Source of the DNA: Chloroflexota bacterium
GTDB lineage: Bacteria; Chloroflexota; Anaerolineae; Anaerolineales; UBA4823
NCBI GenBank assembly: GCA_049325275.1
Contig: JBMOLU010000009.1
Span: 45,103-109,102, forward strand
Length of the DNA stretch: 64,000 nucleotides
Reading direction: 5' to 3'
This document shows positions 1 to 12,726 of this stretch, piece after piece. The notes under the pieces were generated by a model. The model was not told the origin of the DNA, made no database searches, and saw only the letters and a list, made by a program, of their open reading frames with translations. The translations under genes and the position numbers were made by a program. The first letter of the stretch is position 1. Every line of letters begins with the position of its first letter.

Positions 1-77
1 TCGGCCCGGCAGCCGGCAAAGAGAAAGAGTGAAAAGGCAATGCCCAACAGCAAAAACGGTTTTGGATAGATTTTCAT
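1..77 (-). CDS. N-terminus of a lipoprotein (runs off the window edge)
   Basis: Manual translation MKIYPKPFLLLGIAFSLFLFAGCRA: signal peptide with FAGC lipobox; divergent from the FKBP gene. Confidence 0.6.
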   Translation of the reverse strand, partial: MKIYPKPFLLLGIAFSLFLFAGCRA

Positions 78-356
78 GGTTTATAGGTTCATCAGATCGA
101 GCAAACGCTCACACGGGTCTTCCATAGAAAGTAATTATACCCTCCCAGTTTTCCGCAAAGCGATCGAAGCGCCGGCCAGACGCTTCATCAAACCTTCATT
201 CGTGGCAAGACAAGCGCGTGATACAATGTGAGATGTTTTGGGCATGACGGTGAAACGATGAGGTTCTCCCGTTTTCAACGGGAAAACGGGAGAACTGGAA
301 ATGAATTTTGCTTGTCAGGGGGATTCCCAAAGATCCATGTCGATTAGGAGCGTCCT

Positions 357-1634
357 GTGAAACTGAATAAACCCTTGCGCTGGCTGTTGGTAGCCACACT
401 TTCGATTTTTACCCTGTCTGCCTGCCAACCGGCAGCAAGCCCGACACCGACGGAACCGGCAATCCCCACGATGGATTTGAATTCCTTCGGCATTCAAACC
501 CCGCCGCCGACCATCGAACCGATCGTGCTGGAAGGCGCCACGACCACCGAAAGCGGTTTGCAGTATCTCGAACTGGCTGCCGGGGATGGCGCTGCGCCAA
601 AAAGCGGCGAGATCGTTTCCATGCACTATGTCGTTTCCTTGCCCGATGGCACAGAACTCTACAGCACTTACACAGACGATCAGCCCACCACGGTGGTCTG
701 GGGGCGCGGTTCGCTGCTGCCCGGTTGGGAAGAAGGCGTCGGCCTGATGAAAGTAGGCGGCAAAGCCAAGCTGGTCCTGCCGCCGGAGCTTGCTTTTGGC
801 TCGCAGGGAACCACCATGATCCCGCCCAATTCGCAGCTGGTCATGGAGCTTGAACTGCTCTCCAGCGAGCCGGCTCCCAAGCACACCAAAGTCGAGAACG
901 GCAAACTTAAAGCCGCCGACGGCGGCCTGCAATACTACGATCTCACCGTAGGCACCGGCACCGAAGCAATCAGCAACACCACCGTCACCACGGAGTTCAC
1001 CATCTGGGTACAAAGCGAAACGGCCGGTGAAGACGACATGTACATTGCTTCGTCAACGGACAGCGACCCGATCACGTTTGTGATCGGGCGAGGCGACATG
1101 GTTTTCCCCGGATGGGAAAACGGCGTGGCCGGGATGAAAGTCGGCGGTGAACGCTATCTGGTGATCCCCCCGGCCTTGGCGCTGGGTGAAACCGGCGGCG
1201 GTGATATCCCGGCGAACGCCACACTGATTATGGAAATCACGCTGACAGATGCCGTCGAGCCGCGCACGCCCACCAAAGTGGACGAAAAGGACTACGTCAC
1301 CACCGACAGCGGCCTGAAGTACTACGACCTCGCGGTGGGTACGGGCGTCACGCCCACCGTCGGCCAGACGGTTGTCGTGCACTACACCGGTTGGTTGACC
1401 GATGGCACGCAGTTCGACAGTTCGCTCGATCGCGGGCAGGAGTTCAGCTTCCAGCTCGGCACGGGGAGCGTAATCGCCGGTTGGGATGAAGGCGTCGCCA
1501 GCATGAAAGTCGGCGGCAAACGCCAGTTGGTGATCCCGGCTGCGTTGGGATACGGCGAAAGCGGCGCAGGGGGCACCATCCCACCCAACGCAACGCTGAT
1601 TTTCGAAGTCGAACTTCTGGAAATCAAGCCGTAA
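357..1634 (+). CDS. Lipoprotein with three tandem FKBP-type peptidyl-prolyl isomerase domains
   Basis: LSAC lipobox; three repeats of GW(E/D)xGVxxMKVGGxxxLVxP; last domain has VHYTGWLTDGTQFDSS and IPPNATLIFEVELL. Confidence 0.93.
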   Translation: MKLNKPLRWLLVATLSIFTLSACQPAASPTPTEPAIPTMDLNSFGIQTPPPTIEPIVLEGATTTESGLQYLELAAGDGAAPKSGEIVSMHYVVSLPDGTELYSTYTDDQPTTVVWGRGSLLPGWEEGVGLMKVGGKAKLVLPPELAFGSQGTTMIPPNSQLVMELELLSSEPAPKHTKVENGKLKAADGGLQYYDLTVGTGTEAISNTTVTTEFTIWVQSETAGEDDMYIASSTDSDPITFVIGRGDMVFPGWENGVAGMKVGGERYLVIPPALALGETGGGDIPANATLIMEITLTDAVEPRTPTKVDEKDYVTTDSGLKYYDLAVGTGVTPTVGQTVVVHYTGWLTDGTQFDSSLDRGQEFSFQLGTGSVIAGWDEGVASMKVGGKRQLVIPAALGYGESGAGGTIPPNATLIFEVELLEIKP

Positions 1635-1653
1635 TAGGTTGAAGGAAATTCAC

Positions 1654-1688
1654 AAGAGCGTTCTGGCCCGTACCGCCAGAACGCTCTT
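1654..1688. terminator. Bidirectional intrinsic terminator-like hairpin
   Basis: Perfect 14-bp inverted repeat aagagcgttctggc / gccagaacgctctt between convergent genes. Confidence 0.7.
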
Positions 1689-1693
1689 CGCTA

Positions 1694-4066
1694 TCAAGGT
1701 GAGTTTCTCGCAACCGTGACCCACATCTGCCGCCCGTCGCTGGTCAGTTCGATCCAGCCGTTCCGGTCGGTGCGCAAGAGGGGATACCCCGCCACGGCAT
1801 CCAGCGTTTCGGGCGAGGGGTGCTCACGCCGGTCGTCGGGTGACACACTCAACAAGATGGCCTGGGGGCGCAAGTGACGGATCCACTCGGCCGGATTCGA
1901 GGCCGTATAACCGCCATCGGCCAGCAACATAGCGCTTACCGGGCCAATGTCCGCCCCCATGCGTAGCGATTCGAGCGCCTCGAAATCGGCCCCAATCGGC
2001 AGCAAAAGACGGAAGCGATCCCACGTCAGCAGCAAGATAGCCCCACGCGTGCCGGCGGTGAGCACATCGAGGCGGGCACCATCGCCCAAATCGAGGCGCT
2101 GCCCGGGCTGCGCCGCAATCGCGGGAATGTTGTGGCGCACCAGCGCCGCCTGCAAGTCGCGGGCGGCGCGCGTGCCGTGCGTGGGGCCGGCCCACAACAC
2201 GCCGGTCACGGGGAAACGTTCCAGCAAACGCGGCAAGGCGGTCAGCTGCTCGTCGCCCGGGCAGGCGACCACCAGCCAGTCGATGCGGCGGCCCGTGGGT
2301 GGCAGGCGGCGGCCGAGCGCCTGCGAAAGCTTCGTCAGCGAAGGCCCACCGTCGATCAGGACGTTGCGGCCGCTGGGCGTGCGGATCAAGATGCCATCGC
2401 CGGGGCCGACGTCCATGACAACAACGTGCAGGCGTCCATCCGGCGCGCAAAACACGGCCCGCCAGAAGCAGATCGCCAGGAGGGCCAGGGTACCGATCAC
2501 CGCTGCCGGTTGAAAGAGGGGCCTAATCTTCGAAGCCAACGGACCCGGCAGGGTAAAAACGAAAATAGCGGCGTAAGCCAGGATGATCGACGGCAGGGCC
2601 ACGTCGCCCAGGTTCAGGTTGCCACCGGGGAACGGCGCCATCCACTCGATCACCCGAATCGAATAAGCCACCAACGGCCAGGCCAACCAGGAAAAGAGCG
2701 TGCCCAACGGCAGCCAGATAACGCCGGCAATCACAGAAAGCCCGCCGAGGATCATCAAAGGCGGCTGTACCGGCAATACGAGCGGGTTGACGACGAAAGA
2801 AACCAGCGAAACGCGGCCAAAATGGTAGATAATCAGCGGCAGGGTGAGCAGTTGCGCGGCCAACGTCATCAAGAAGATTTCGCCGGCCAGCGCGCTGAGC
2901 TTGCGGGCAGCCGGACGGCCCAGGCGGCCTTCCAGACGGGCGGCAAGCCAGTTGCCGAGCGGCGTGCCGTAGAGCACAAGCCCTAGCGTGGCGGCAAACG
3001 AAAGCTGAAAACCGACGTCCCAGGGTGTGTGCGGGTTGCGCAAACACATCACCGCTGCCGTGACCAAAAGCGTATTGACGGCCACCTGCCGGCGGGAAAA
3101 AATACCGGCAAAAACGCCCAGGCTGCCCATGATAGCGGCGCGCACCACCGAGGCCGCCGCACCGACGAGAATGGTGTAAAGAATGATGCCGGCAATGGCC
3201 ACCACGGCTCCCCAGCGCTTGCCCAGCAACTTCCCGAAGAAGGTTGCTAAAATCCCGGCAATGATGGCGATATTGAAGCCGCTGATGGCGACGATGTGGG
3301 ACGTGCCGGTGGCCGTAAAAGCGTCCTGCACGTCTTGCGGAATGCCGCTCTCGATGCCGAGCAAAATACCGGCCAACAGCGAAGCTTCAGGATCGGGATA
3401 AAGCGTGTAGAGCGTGGCGTGTGCCCGCTTCTTGGCGGCGTAAATCAGCGCAAGAAGTGGGTTTCCCCGGCTGTGCTGAAGCAGGTGAGGCTTGGCTTTC
3501 CCCATGTAGCTGTAAATGCCCTGATGGGCGAGGTAATCGCGGTATGAGAACGTTTCATCGGTGGGTGGCGTTTCGAGCTGCCCTTCCAGGCGCACGCGAT
3601 CGCCATAACGCCAGACGCTCCCGGGGGGCACGCGGGCCAGCAGCATCCCGTGCACGTCTCGAAAGCGCGGCGGATCGTCGTTTTTCAAACGAACCCGCCC
3701 CACGCGGATGCGCAGTAACGTCGCACCGTCTCGTTCGTCCGGCGGTTCGGCGATCGACCCTTCGACGATAAGCGGCGTTTGTAGATCGTTGTACCAGGCA
3801 ATGAACCCTGGCTCAACCTTGGGGATACTGCGTTGAAACCAGAAAGCCCCAAAGGCAAAGCAGCCCAAAAATACAAACAGAAAAGGGACAGAAAAGCGCC
3901 TTTTCGCCGTTGGTGGCGCCGGAAAGCGGCGTTGAATGCGTTTGAGCGAAACAGCCAGCAGAAGACAGCTCGCGGCACAGGCCACCCAACCTGACGGCGG
4001 CAAAGGCACCAGGCGGGCAGTCACGATGCCGGCCAACAAGGCAATCGAAAGCCAAAAAAGCGGCAT
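1694..4066 (-). CDS. comEC: ComEC/Rec2 competence protein (OB + competence + degenerate MBL domain)
   Basis: GTSHIVAISGFN, ASVVRAAIM, GFQLSFAAT, and C-terminal DVGPGDGILI..LIDGG. Confidence 0.92.
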   Translation of the reverse strand: MPLFWLSIALLAGIVTARLVPLPPSGWVACAASCLLLAVSLKRIQRRFPAPPTAKRRFSVPFLFVFLGCFAFGAFWFQRSIPKVEPGFIAWYNDLQTPLIVEGSIAEPPDERDGATLLRIRVGRVRLKNDDPPRFRDVHGMLLARVPPGSVWRYGDRVRLEGQLETPPTDETFSYRDYLAHQGIYSYMGKAKPHLLQHSRGNPLLALIYAAKKRAHATLYTLYPDPEASLLAGILLGIESGIPQDVQDAFTATGTSHIVAISGFNIAIIAGILATFFGKLLGKRWGAVVAIAGIILYTILVGAAASVVRAAIMGSLGVFAGIFSRRQVAVNTLLVTAAVMCLRNPHTPWDVGFQLSFAATLGLVLYGTPLGNWLAARLEGRLGRPAARKLSALAGEIFLMTLAAQLLTLPLIIYHFGRVSLVSFVVNPLVLPVQPPLMILGGLSVIAGVIWLPLGTLFSWLAWPLVAYSIRVIEWMAPFPGGNLNLGDVALPSIILAYAAIFVFTLPGPLASKIRPLFQPAAVIGTLALLAICFWRAVFCAPDGRLHVVVMDVGPGDGILIRTPSGRNVLIDGGPSLTKLSQALGRRLPPTGRRIDWLVVACPGDEQLTALPRLLERFPVTGVLWAGPTHGTRAARDLQAALVRHNIPAIAAQPGQRLDLGDGARLDVLTAGTRGAILLLTWDRFRLLLPIGADFEALESLRMGADIGPVSAMLLADGGYTASNPAEWIRHLRPQAILLSVSPDDRREHPSPETLDAVAGYPLLRTDRNGWIELTSDGRQMWVTVARNSP

Positions 4067-4255
4067 GGCAGAACACGATCGTCATTCACGCCCCATGCTG
4101 TGTACTTGCGCGCAAACAGAAATGGGGTTGGACGGTGATAGATTACGGCGATTGGTTATCCCGGAGACTTCCGAAGCCCCCTTTCGCAGGCTGCCGGTCG
4201 TTTGGGAAAGCAAATTACAAATCCAACGGTGCGAAACGCACGAATTTTCCGGTTG

Positions 4256-4786
4256 CTAACGCCTGACCTCGGCGATGTACGGCAGCGTACGGTGTTTTTC
4301 GGCGTAGTCGAGGCCATATCCCACCACCCACACATCAGGGATCGTGAAACCGAGGTAATCCAGGGGCATATCGATGCCGGTACGCTCCTTGCGTACGAAG
4401 ACACAAGTTTTGAGCGAGGCGGGGTTGCGTGCCTGCAAGGTGTGACACAAGTACTCGAGGGTATGCCCGGTATCGAGGATGTCTTCGACAATGATCACGT
4501 GTTGGCCTTCGATCGGCTCCGGCAGGTCCATCAGAATGCGTACCTCACCGCTGGTGGTGGTCTTGCCGTAACTGGAAATCGACATGAAGTTGACCACGTG
4601 CGGCACCTGGAGGCGACGCGAAAGATCGGCCAGAAAGATGAAAGCACCCTTGAGGATGCCGATCAGGTGGACGCATTTTGCATCTGTATAATCGCCGTCA
4701 ATCTGGGCAGCCAGCCCTTCCACGCGGGCCTGGATGGTTTCTCGATCGAGCAGCACACGGGCAAGGTCTGGCGGCAGAAATTTCAT
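4256..4786 (-). CDS. hpt: Hypoxanthine phosphoribosyltransferase
   Basis: GILKGAFIF, PRPP motif IIVEDILDTGHTL, WVVGYGLDYAEKHRTLPYI; start taken at MKFLPP. Confidence 0.93.
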   Translation of the reverse strand: MKFLPPDLARVLLDRETIQARVEGLAAQIDGDYTDAKCVHLIGILKGAFIFLADLSRRLQVPHVVNFMSISSYGKTTTSGEVRILMDLPEPIEGQHVIIVEDILDTGHTLEYLCHTLQARNPASLKTCVFVRKERTGIDMPLDYLGFTIPDVWVVGYGLDYAEKHRTLPYIAEVRR

Positions 4787-4863
4787 AGACAAATTATACC
4801 CGCAAACAGAGAAAACAAACAGGGTGTACGGACAATACACCCTGTCGAAACGGTTACAATCGG

Positions 4864-5571
4864 TTACTTGACCTGCTTGAAGGAGATGATGATCAGATTT
4901 TTCTTGCAATCATCGGAGGTTTGAAAGTAAATTTTCTCAGACAACGGCAAGCTGGCCTGATCGATCAACTGGATCCAGAGGGTATTGTTCGAGGCGATCG
5001 GCTTGTCGGCCAGCTTGAACTCGTAGCCCGACTCACCGTACTGCCGGGCAAGGCCGGTGATCATCGTTTGAGTCTCAAACAACTGGCCGCCTAACGTGCC
5101 ACCCACTTGTATCAGCAGGCCGGTGACCGGGCTGCTGCGCAGGTCGACCACGTTGCCGCCGATTCCCATCCAGGAACAGCCCAAGTTTTGGAAATCCTGG
5201 ATCATCTGGGGTTCCCCTTGAGGAATATAGCCCATCCCTGAAGCAGATGGCGTTGCGGCGCCTTCGGGGGTTACCATGGGGAAGGGCGTTTGCGAAGGCG
5301 GCGGCGTTTCGGTCGGCGTTGGTGTTGCGGTGGGGCCGGGCGTCCAGGTCGGTGGCAGGGTGATTCGGCTGGTTGCCGTCGAAGTGGGGATCATCGATGT
5401 GGGCGTCGTCAACGAAAGAATACGAATACCGCCGTCCGAGTCGAGAATCATCGTGACCGTATACACCAATACACAAACAACACCCAACAAAACCACGACC
5501 GTTAGAATATTCCACACGATTTCAGCGATATTTCGCGGTTCCGATGGCTCCTTGAAATCAAAAGCATCCAT
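4864..5571 (-). CDS. Hypothetical membrane-anchored protein with Pro/Thr stalk and extracellular Cys-containing domain
   Basis: One TM helix, LPPTWTP repeats, GGAGG/GGAAGG upstream. Confidence 0.7.
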   Translation of the reverse strand: MDAFDFKEPSEPRNIAEIVWNILTVVVLLGVVCVLVYTVTMILDSDGGIRILSLTTPTSMIPTSTATSRITLPPTWTPGPTATPTPTETPPPSQTPFPMVTPEGAATPSASGMGYIPQGEPQMIQDFQNLGCSWMGIGGNVVDLRSSPVTGLLIQVGGTLGGQLFETQTMITGLARQYGESGYEFKLADKPIASNNTLWIQLIDQASLPLSEKIYFQTSDDCKKNLIIISFKQVK

Positions 5572-5643
5572 ATTCCTTCCTCCGAGGCAAGTGATGGCTT
5601 TCCTATTTCCGACCGAAAGGCCACAATCATCTCTTTTATACGC

Positions 5644-6585
5644 TTACGGCACTCGAATTTCGATGGTACTTTGGTCACGCTCCTTGGCGACCCAATCGAG
5701 CAAAGCCTTTTCCTGCAAAACCAGGCGCACCGAAGCATCCACGGGCCGCCGAGGGTCGATCTCGAGCACCTGGATGATATGATAGCCCAGCGGGGAAGCA
5801 ATCACTTCACTGATTTGATCGGCCGCCAATGAAAAAGCGGCCTCTTCGACGGCCGGATCGACCAGGTAACCACGTGGAAACCAACCCAAATCGCCACCGG
5901 CCGTGGGATCGAACTGAAAGGCAAGGTCGGAAAAGCTGGCGCCGTTTTTGAGCTGTAGCAAGACAACATTGGCTTCATCAGAATTATATAGCAAAATCTG
6001 GCGGGCGTGTATTTGCTCGGCAACCACCGGCACATCAGTGACAATTTGATCGCGCATCCAGGCCGCAGCCATCGAACGGCGTAAAGCCCAACGGAACGTC
6101 TCATCATCGTAGCCGTGTGTACCCATCCAATCGGCCAGCAGTTGCAGGCCGCCCAACTGGGCGGCCAACTGGTCGAGGCGCGCCTGTACCGCGGCATCAT
6201 CGAGTACGAACCCCGCCTGCTGGGCGGCCCGAGCCAGCAGTGCTTCGTTGATCAGGTTATCCAACACCTGTTGCCTGGCGGCCGCGCCATCATCGTCTTC
6301 GGCCGGCTGCGTGGAACGGTAGAGCGCCAGTTCAGCTTCGTACTCTGCCTGGGTGACCGCCCAGCCGTTGACGATGGCAGCCAGGGGCGCTGCCGGAAGG
6401 GAAGGCGTAGGGATCGGGGTCCTGGTAGGTGGGGCCTGCGTGCCGGCCGGCGTGGCGGTTTGGGCGGGCAAGGTTTGCGTGGGTGGCGGTGGCGTAGGAC
6501 TGTTCCGGCATCCCACCAAGCTCAGCCCGATCAATCCCAACAAAAGCAGTCGCACAAACAAGTCTCTCGTATATCGTGTGTCCAT
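5644..6585 (-). CDS. PrsA/SurA-like parvulin foldase lipoprotein
   Basis: LVGC lipobox, SurA-N-like VLDNLINEALL, parvulin motifs HARQIL, GGDLGWFPRG, GYHII. Confidence 0.88.
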   Translation of the reverse strand: MDTRYTRDLFVRLLLLGLIGLSLVGCRNSPTPPPPTQTLPAQTATPAGTQAPPTRTPIPTPSLPAAPLAAIVNGWAVTQAEYEAELALYRSTQPAEDDDGAAARQQVLDNLINEALLARAAQQAGFVLDDAAVQARLDQLAAQLGGLQLLADWMGTHGYDDETFRWALRRSMAAAWMRDQIVTDVPVVAEQIHARQILLYNSDEANVVLLQLKNGASFSDLAFQFDPTAGGDLGWFPRGYLVDPAVEEAAFSLAADQISEVIASPLGYHIIQVLEIDPRRPVDASVRLVLQEKALLDWVAKERDQSTIEIRVP

Positions 6586-6746
6586 TCAACCGATTATAAC
6601 CGCAAGTCGGCCCCAGAATGGGGCACACAAAGTTGCCAGATCACGGGCGAATCATAAGGCCGGTGCGAAAGCAAAAAATCAGACAAAAACAGGATGGTAT
6701 AATGCGCTCGCGCTGTAACACATTTTTTCGCCCATGGGAGCTTTGC

Positions 6747-9440
<2,694 letters not shown>

Positions 9441-9443
<3 letters not shown>

Positions 9444-9545
9444 GGCGGGCACGAGATCCGCCCTGCGGCGTGCCCGCCGGAAAACCGGGGCAACCCCATG
9501 GGTTTGCTCCTACAAAAAACCGGGCAGCCCCATCGGTGCCCCTAC
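9441..9545. repeat. Cluster of GTAG-family REP-like palindromes
   Basis: Minus strand reads GTAGGAGCAAACCCATGGGGTTGCCCC (9487-9513) and GTAGGGGCACCGATGGGGCTGCCCG (9521-9545); plus strand has tagggcgggcacgagatccgccct. Confidence 0.6.
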
Positions 9546-9555
9546 AGGATGTTCT

Positions 9556-10275
9556 GTGAACGGTCAAGTTATCGCCTTCGCAGCGATCGCCCTCGTCGTA
9601 GCCGCTTTTGTCGTGATGGTTATCCTGGCTGTTGCCAGCGGCCGTAAGCAGGCCGAACAAAGCCAGCAGGCGGCCGAAACGCTCGGTTTCACACCGCTCG
9701 AGCCGCCGCCGGCGGCGATTGCCGAGCGGCTGCTCCCGCTGCACCAAAAAGGCTACCACAAAATCCTGGAAATACGCGACCTGCACCGCCAAAACCACCC
9801 CGGCTGCACGCTGTATCTGTACGATGTGTGGGATGTGAGCGACGCCGGTCACGATCGCGATGCGGCAGCAGTGATTGCGCTGGTGGCGCCCGATCTCGAT
9901 CTGCCCCACTTCCTGCTGTTTCCTAAAGTCGATGTCGTTGGCTGGGCCGGCAGTATGGCCAATCAGTTCATCGAAAAGTTAATCGGCCTGCACGCACGCG
10001 TGATCGATTTCGACGAGCGCCCAAACTTCAGCCAGCGCTACCTGGTAAGCGGCGATGACGAAGTGGCTGTCCGCCGTTGTCTCAACGGCCCGGTGCTGGC
10101 TGCGCTGACGCAGACGCCGCTCAAAAACCTGATCGTTTCCGGGTGGGGCGATGCGCTGATGGTGATGATGGAGAATACCGGCACGGCCCAGGAAGATGCC
10201 AGCGCCAGCGTCAGCGCCCGCCGCGCCATAGCGCTGACGCTCTACGAGCGGATGCGCGCTCACCCCCCGAACTGA
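9556..10275 (+). CDS. Hypothetical protein with N-terminal TM anchor
   Basis: GTG start in frame after the repeats; hydrophobic N-terminus; abuts the next gene. Confidence 0.65.
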   Translation: MNGQVIAFAAIALVVAAFVVMVILAVASGRKQAEQSQQAAETLGFTPLEPPPAAIAERLLPLHQKGYHKILEIRDLHRQNHPGCTLYLYDVWDVSDAGHDRDAAAVIALVAPDLDLPHFLLFPKVDVVGWAGSMANQFIEKLIGLHARVIDFDERPNFSQRYLVSGDDEVAVRRCLNGPVLAALTQTPLKNLIVSGWGDALMVMMENTGTAQEDASASVSARRAIALTLYERMRAHPPN

Positions 10276-10278
10276 CCG

Positions 10279-10818
10279 ATGCACCGTACCTACCTGATTT
10301 CACGCCCCGAAGACATTCCAACGGACTACCGCCAGACGCCTGTCGGCGCGCTGCTCGAATATCACAACCTGCAACGGGATTTCGATATCTCCTATACGCA
10401 GGCCGAACTGCTGATCGGGATGTGCATGGATCACCGCAAGCACCTCCACATTCCTAACAACTTTGCCTACATCATCCGCTCCGGGGGGGCAAACTTGCGC
10501 TATAGCGAATTCAAAGTATCGTACGCCGTTGCAGTTGGCGGCGTGCGCGCCATTGCGCTGATCGGCCACAACCAATGCGGCATGGTCAACCTGATGGCAC
10601 GCCGCGAGACGTTCATCGAGGGCCTGATGGCAGCCGGCTGGGACAGGGAATGGGCCGAAGCGCATTTCATGCACTTCGCGCCCATGTTCGAAATCGGCAA
10701 CGAGGTCGATTTTGTCCTCAGCGAGGCCAAACGTTTGCGCCTGCGCTATCCGGCAATCCTGGTCGCGCCGCTGATGTATCGCATCGAAGACAATATGTTG
10801 TACCTGGTCAAAGAATAA
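10279..10818 (+). CDS. Beta-class carbonic anhydrase
   Basis: Zn ligand motifs CMDHR and GHNQCG. Confidence 0.85.
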   Translation: MHRTYLISRPEDIPTDYRQTPVGALLEYHNLQRDFDISYTQAELLIGMCMDHRKHLHIPNNFAYIIRSGGANLRYSEFKVSYAVAVGGVRAIALIGHNQCGMVNLMARRETFIEGLMAAGWDREWAEAHFMHFAPMFEIGNEVDFVLSEAKRLRLRYPAILVAPLMYRIEDNMLYLVKE

Positions 10819-10911
10819 TGGCCCTGCAAGTTGGCGTGTGGCGGCAAAGCCACTACACGCCAACTTGTGCGTTTCACCGGAAGGGCATTTCCTGCGGGCA
10901 GTGACGCACCG

Positions 10912-11475
10912 CTATTCAGAACCAGAAATGAGTTTGCTGGCAAACTTCTGGCGGAATTTGGCTACCTTGGGGGCCACCACCGCCTGGCAATACCCTTGCG
11001 AAGGATTGTTATTGAAGTAGTTTTGGTGGTAATCTTCCGCCGGATAGAACTGATCCAGAGGCACTATTTCGGTGACGATCGGGTTGGGCCACAGGCGCTG
11101 AGTTTCCAGTTCGGCAATGGCCTGTTCGGCGGTAGCCTTTTGCTCGAGGGAATGGTAAAAAACGGCCGAGCGGTACTGTGTGCCCACATCGGCCCCCTGG
11201 CGGTTGCGTGTGGTGGGATCGTGGATGGTGAAAAAGATCTCCAACAATTCGCGAAAAGCGATCGCTTCTGGATCGAACGTGATCTGTACGACTTCGGCAT
11301 GGCCGGTCAACCCCGTGCAAACCAGTTTGTAAGACGGGTTTGAGATCTTCCCACCTGCATAGCCTGACACAACCCGGGTGACACCTTGCACGCGTTGGTA
11401 AACCGCTTCAAGGCACCAAAAACAACCACCGGCAAGGGTCACGGTTTCTTGTTTCATCTCATTCGCACGATTCAT
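10912..11475 (-). CDS. msrA: Peptide-methionine (S)-S-oxide reductase
   Basis: GGCFWC, TGHAEVV, QGADVGTQYRS, AEDYHQNY. Confidence 0.96.
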   Translation of the reverse strand: MNRANEMKQETVTLAGGCFWCLEAVYQRVQGVTRVVSGYAGGKISNPSYKLVCTGLTGHAEVVQITFDPEAIAFRELLEIFFTIHDPTTRNRQGADVGTQYRSAVFYHSLEQKATAEQAIAELETQRLWPNPIVTEIVPLDQFYPAEDYHQNYFNNNPSQGYCQAVVAPKVAKFRQKFASKLISGSE

Positions 11476-11613
11476 AAGTCGCTCCTCTCCCTTTTCAGCG
11501 GGTTACCAGGGCAAACCGAAACAGCCACCCAAGCCTGGCTTGATAGGCTCCTTCAGCGCTTCTGGCCTCGCCGGAAATCTCCACTGGCAAAAGCCTAAAG
11601 GCCCGCAGCTTCA

Positions 11614-12180
11614 TTACGCCGCCGTAGCCGTTTCATGTGTGGGTTCTGGCGCGGCCACAGGCTGCTTGTTCAATTCGACCTCGATGCTGATCTTGATTTC
11701 ATCGCCGACCAGCCAGCCACCGGCTTCGAGGGCGACGTTCCAGGTCAGGCCCCATTCTCTACGGCTGATGCTGGTCACTGCGCTGAAACCGGCCACCATC
11801 ATGCCCCAGGGGTTCTGGTATTGGCCGTTGTAGTCCACATCCAGCACCACGGGCCGGGTGACGTCACGGATCGTCAGGTCACCATACATTTTACCGTGGT
11901 GATCGCTGAGCGGTTCGATGCGCGTGCTGCGGAAGGTGATGTGAGGAAAATTTTCGGCATCCAAAAAGTCAGCAGAACGCAGATGTGCATCGCGCTGGGC
12001 CTCGCGCGTGTCGATGCTGCCGGCATCGATTTGTACGCTGATGTGCGATTGCTCCGGGTGTTCTTCGTTCGCATTCACATCGGCTTCGAAACGCTCGAAG
12101 CGGCCGCGCACGTTGGACACCATCATGTGACGAACGCTGAACGTGATTTCGGTATGGGCGGGATCAAGGTTCCAGGACAT
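11614..12180 (-). CDS. YceI family polyisoprenoid-binding protein
   Basis: WNLDPAHT..FSVRH..VRGRF, SIDT..RDAHLRSADF, GDLTIRDVTRPV. Confidence 0.92.
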   Translation of the reverse strand: MSWNLDPAHTEITFSVRHMMVSNVRGRFERFEADVNANEEHPEQSHISVQIDAGSIDTREAQRDAHLRSADFLDAENFPHITFRSTRIEPLSDHHGKMYGDLTIRDVTRPVVLDVDYNGQYQNPWGMMVAGFSAVTSISRREWGLTWNVALEAGGWLVGDEIKISIEVELNKQPVAAPEPTHETATAA

Positions 12181-12202
12181 AAGATGTTCTCCTTCGGGAA
12201 AA

Positions 12203-12220
12203 TGTTTTGATGTTGAAGTA
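12203..12220. promoter_or_regulatory. Putative MarR operator upstream of the yceI gene
   Basis: tgttttgatgttgaagta matches the palindrome at 12709-12726 at 13 of 18 positions. Confidence 0.4.
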
Positions 12221-12248
12221 TTTTTGTAAAAAAAAGCCTCGATTGGCT

Positions 12249-12695
12249 TTATTCTCTCTTACCCAGCTTCTTACAGAGCGCACCAAACGCTTGCTGCTCA
12301 CCGGCATCCAGCACGCCCAGTTCCGCTACAATCGCGGCCACCTGTGCTGGAAAAATACGCGCAATAAGCGCTTCACCGGCATCGGTCAATGAGACCTTCA
12401 CCATGCGGCGATCTTCCGGCTGGCGCATACGACGGACGAGGCCACGCTTTTCGAGATTATCGAGCACCAGGGTGATATTGCCACAGCTCTTGAGCAATTT
12501 GCCGCTGAGTTCTCCCTGGCACATCGGTCCCAGGTGATACAAAGCTTCCAACACGCCAAACTGGCTGACGGTCAGGCCTTCCAATACGTCGTGATGCGCC
12601 AGGCGGGCTGTCAGCGATTCGTACGCCCGCGTAAAGCGAATAAACGTATTCAAAGCAAGGGTTTCTTCAGCAGTTCCATGGTAATGGGTAGGCAT
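12249..12695 (-). CDS. MarR family regulator (MhqR-like)
   Basis: LTVSQFGVLEALYHLGP..GNITLVLDNLEKRGLV..EDRR..LT..G. Confidence 0.9.
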   Translation of the reverse strand: MPTHYHGTAEETLALNTFIRFTRAYESLTARLAHHDVLEGLTVSQFGVLEALYHLGPMCQGELSGKLLKSCGNITLVLDNLEKRGLVRRMRQPEDRRMVKVSLTDAGEALIARIFPAQVAAIVAELGVLDAGEQQAFGALCKKLGKRE

Positions 12696-12708
12696 ATCAC
12701 ACTCAAAC

Positions 12709-12726
12709 TATTTCGATGTCAAAATA
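12709..12726. promoter_or_regulatory. Putative MarR autoregulatory operator
   Basis: Palindrome TATTTcGAtgTCaAAATA just upstream of the marR start. Confidence 0.5.
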
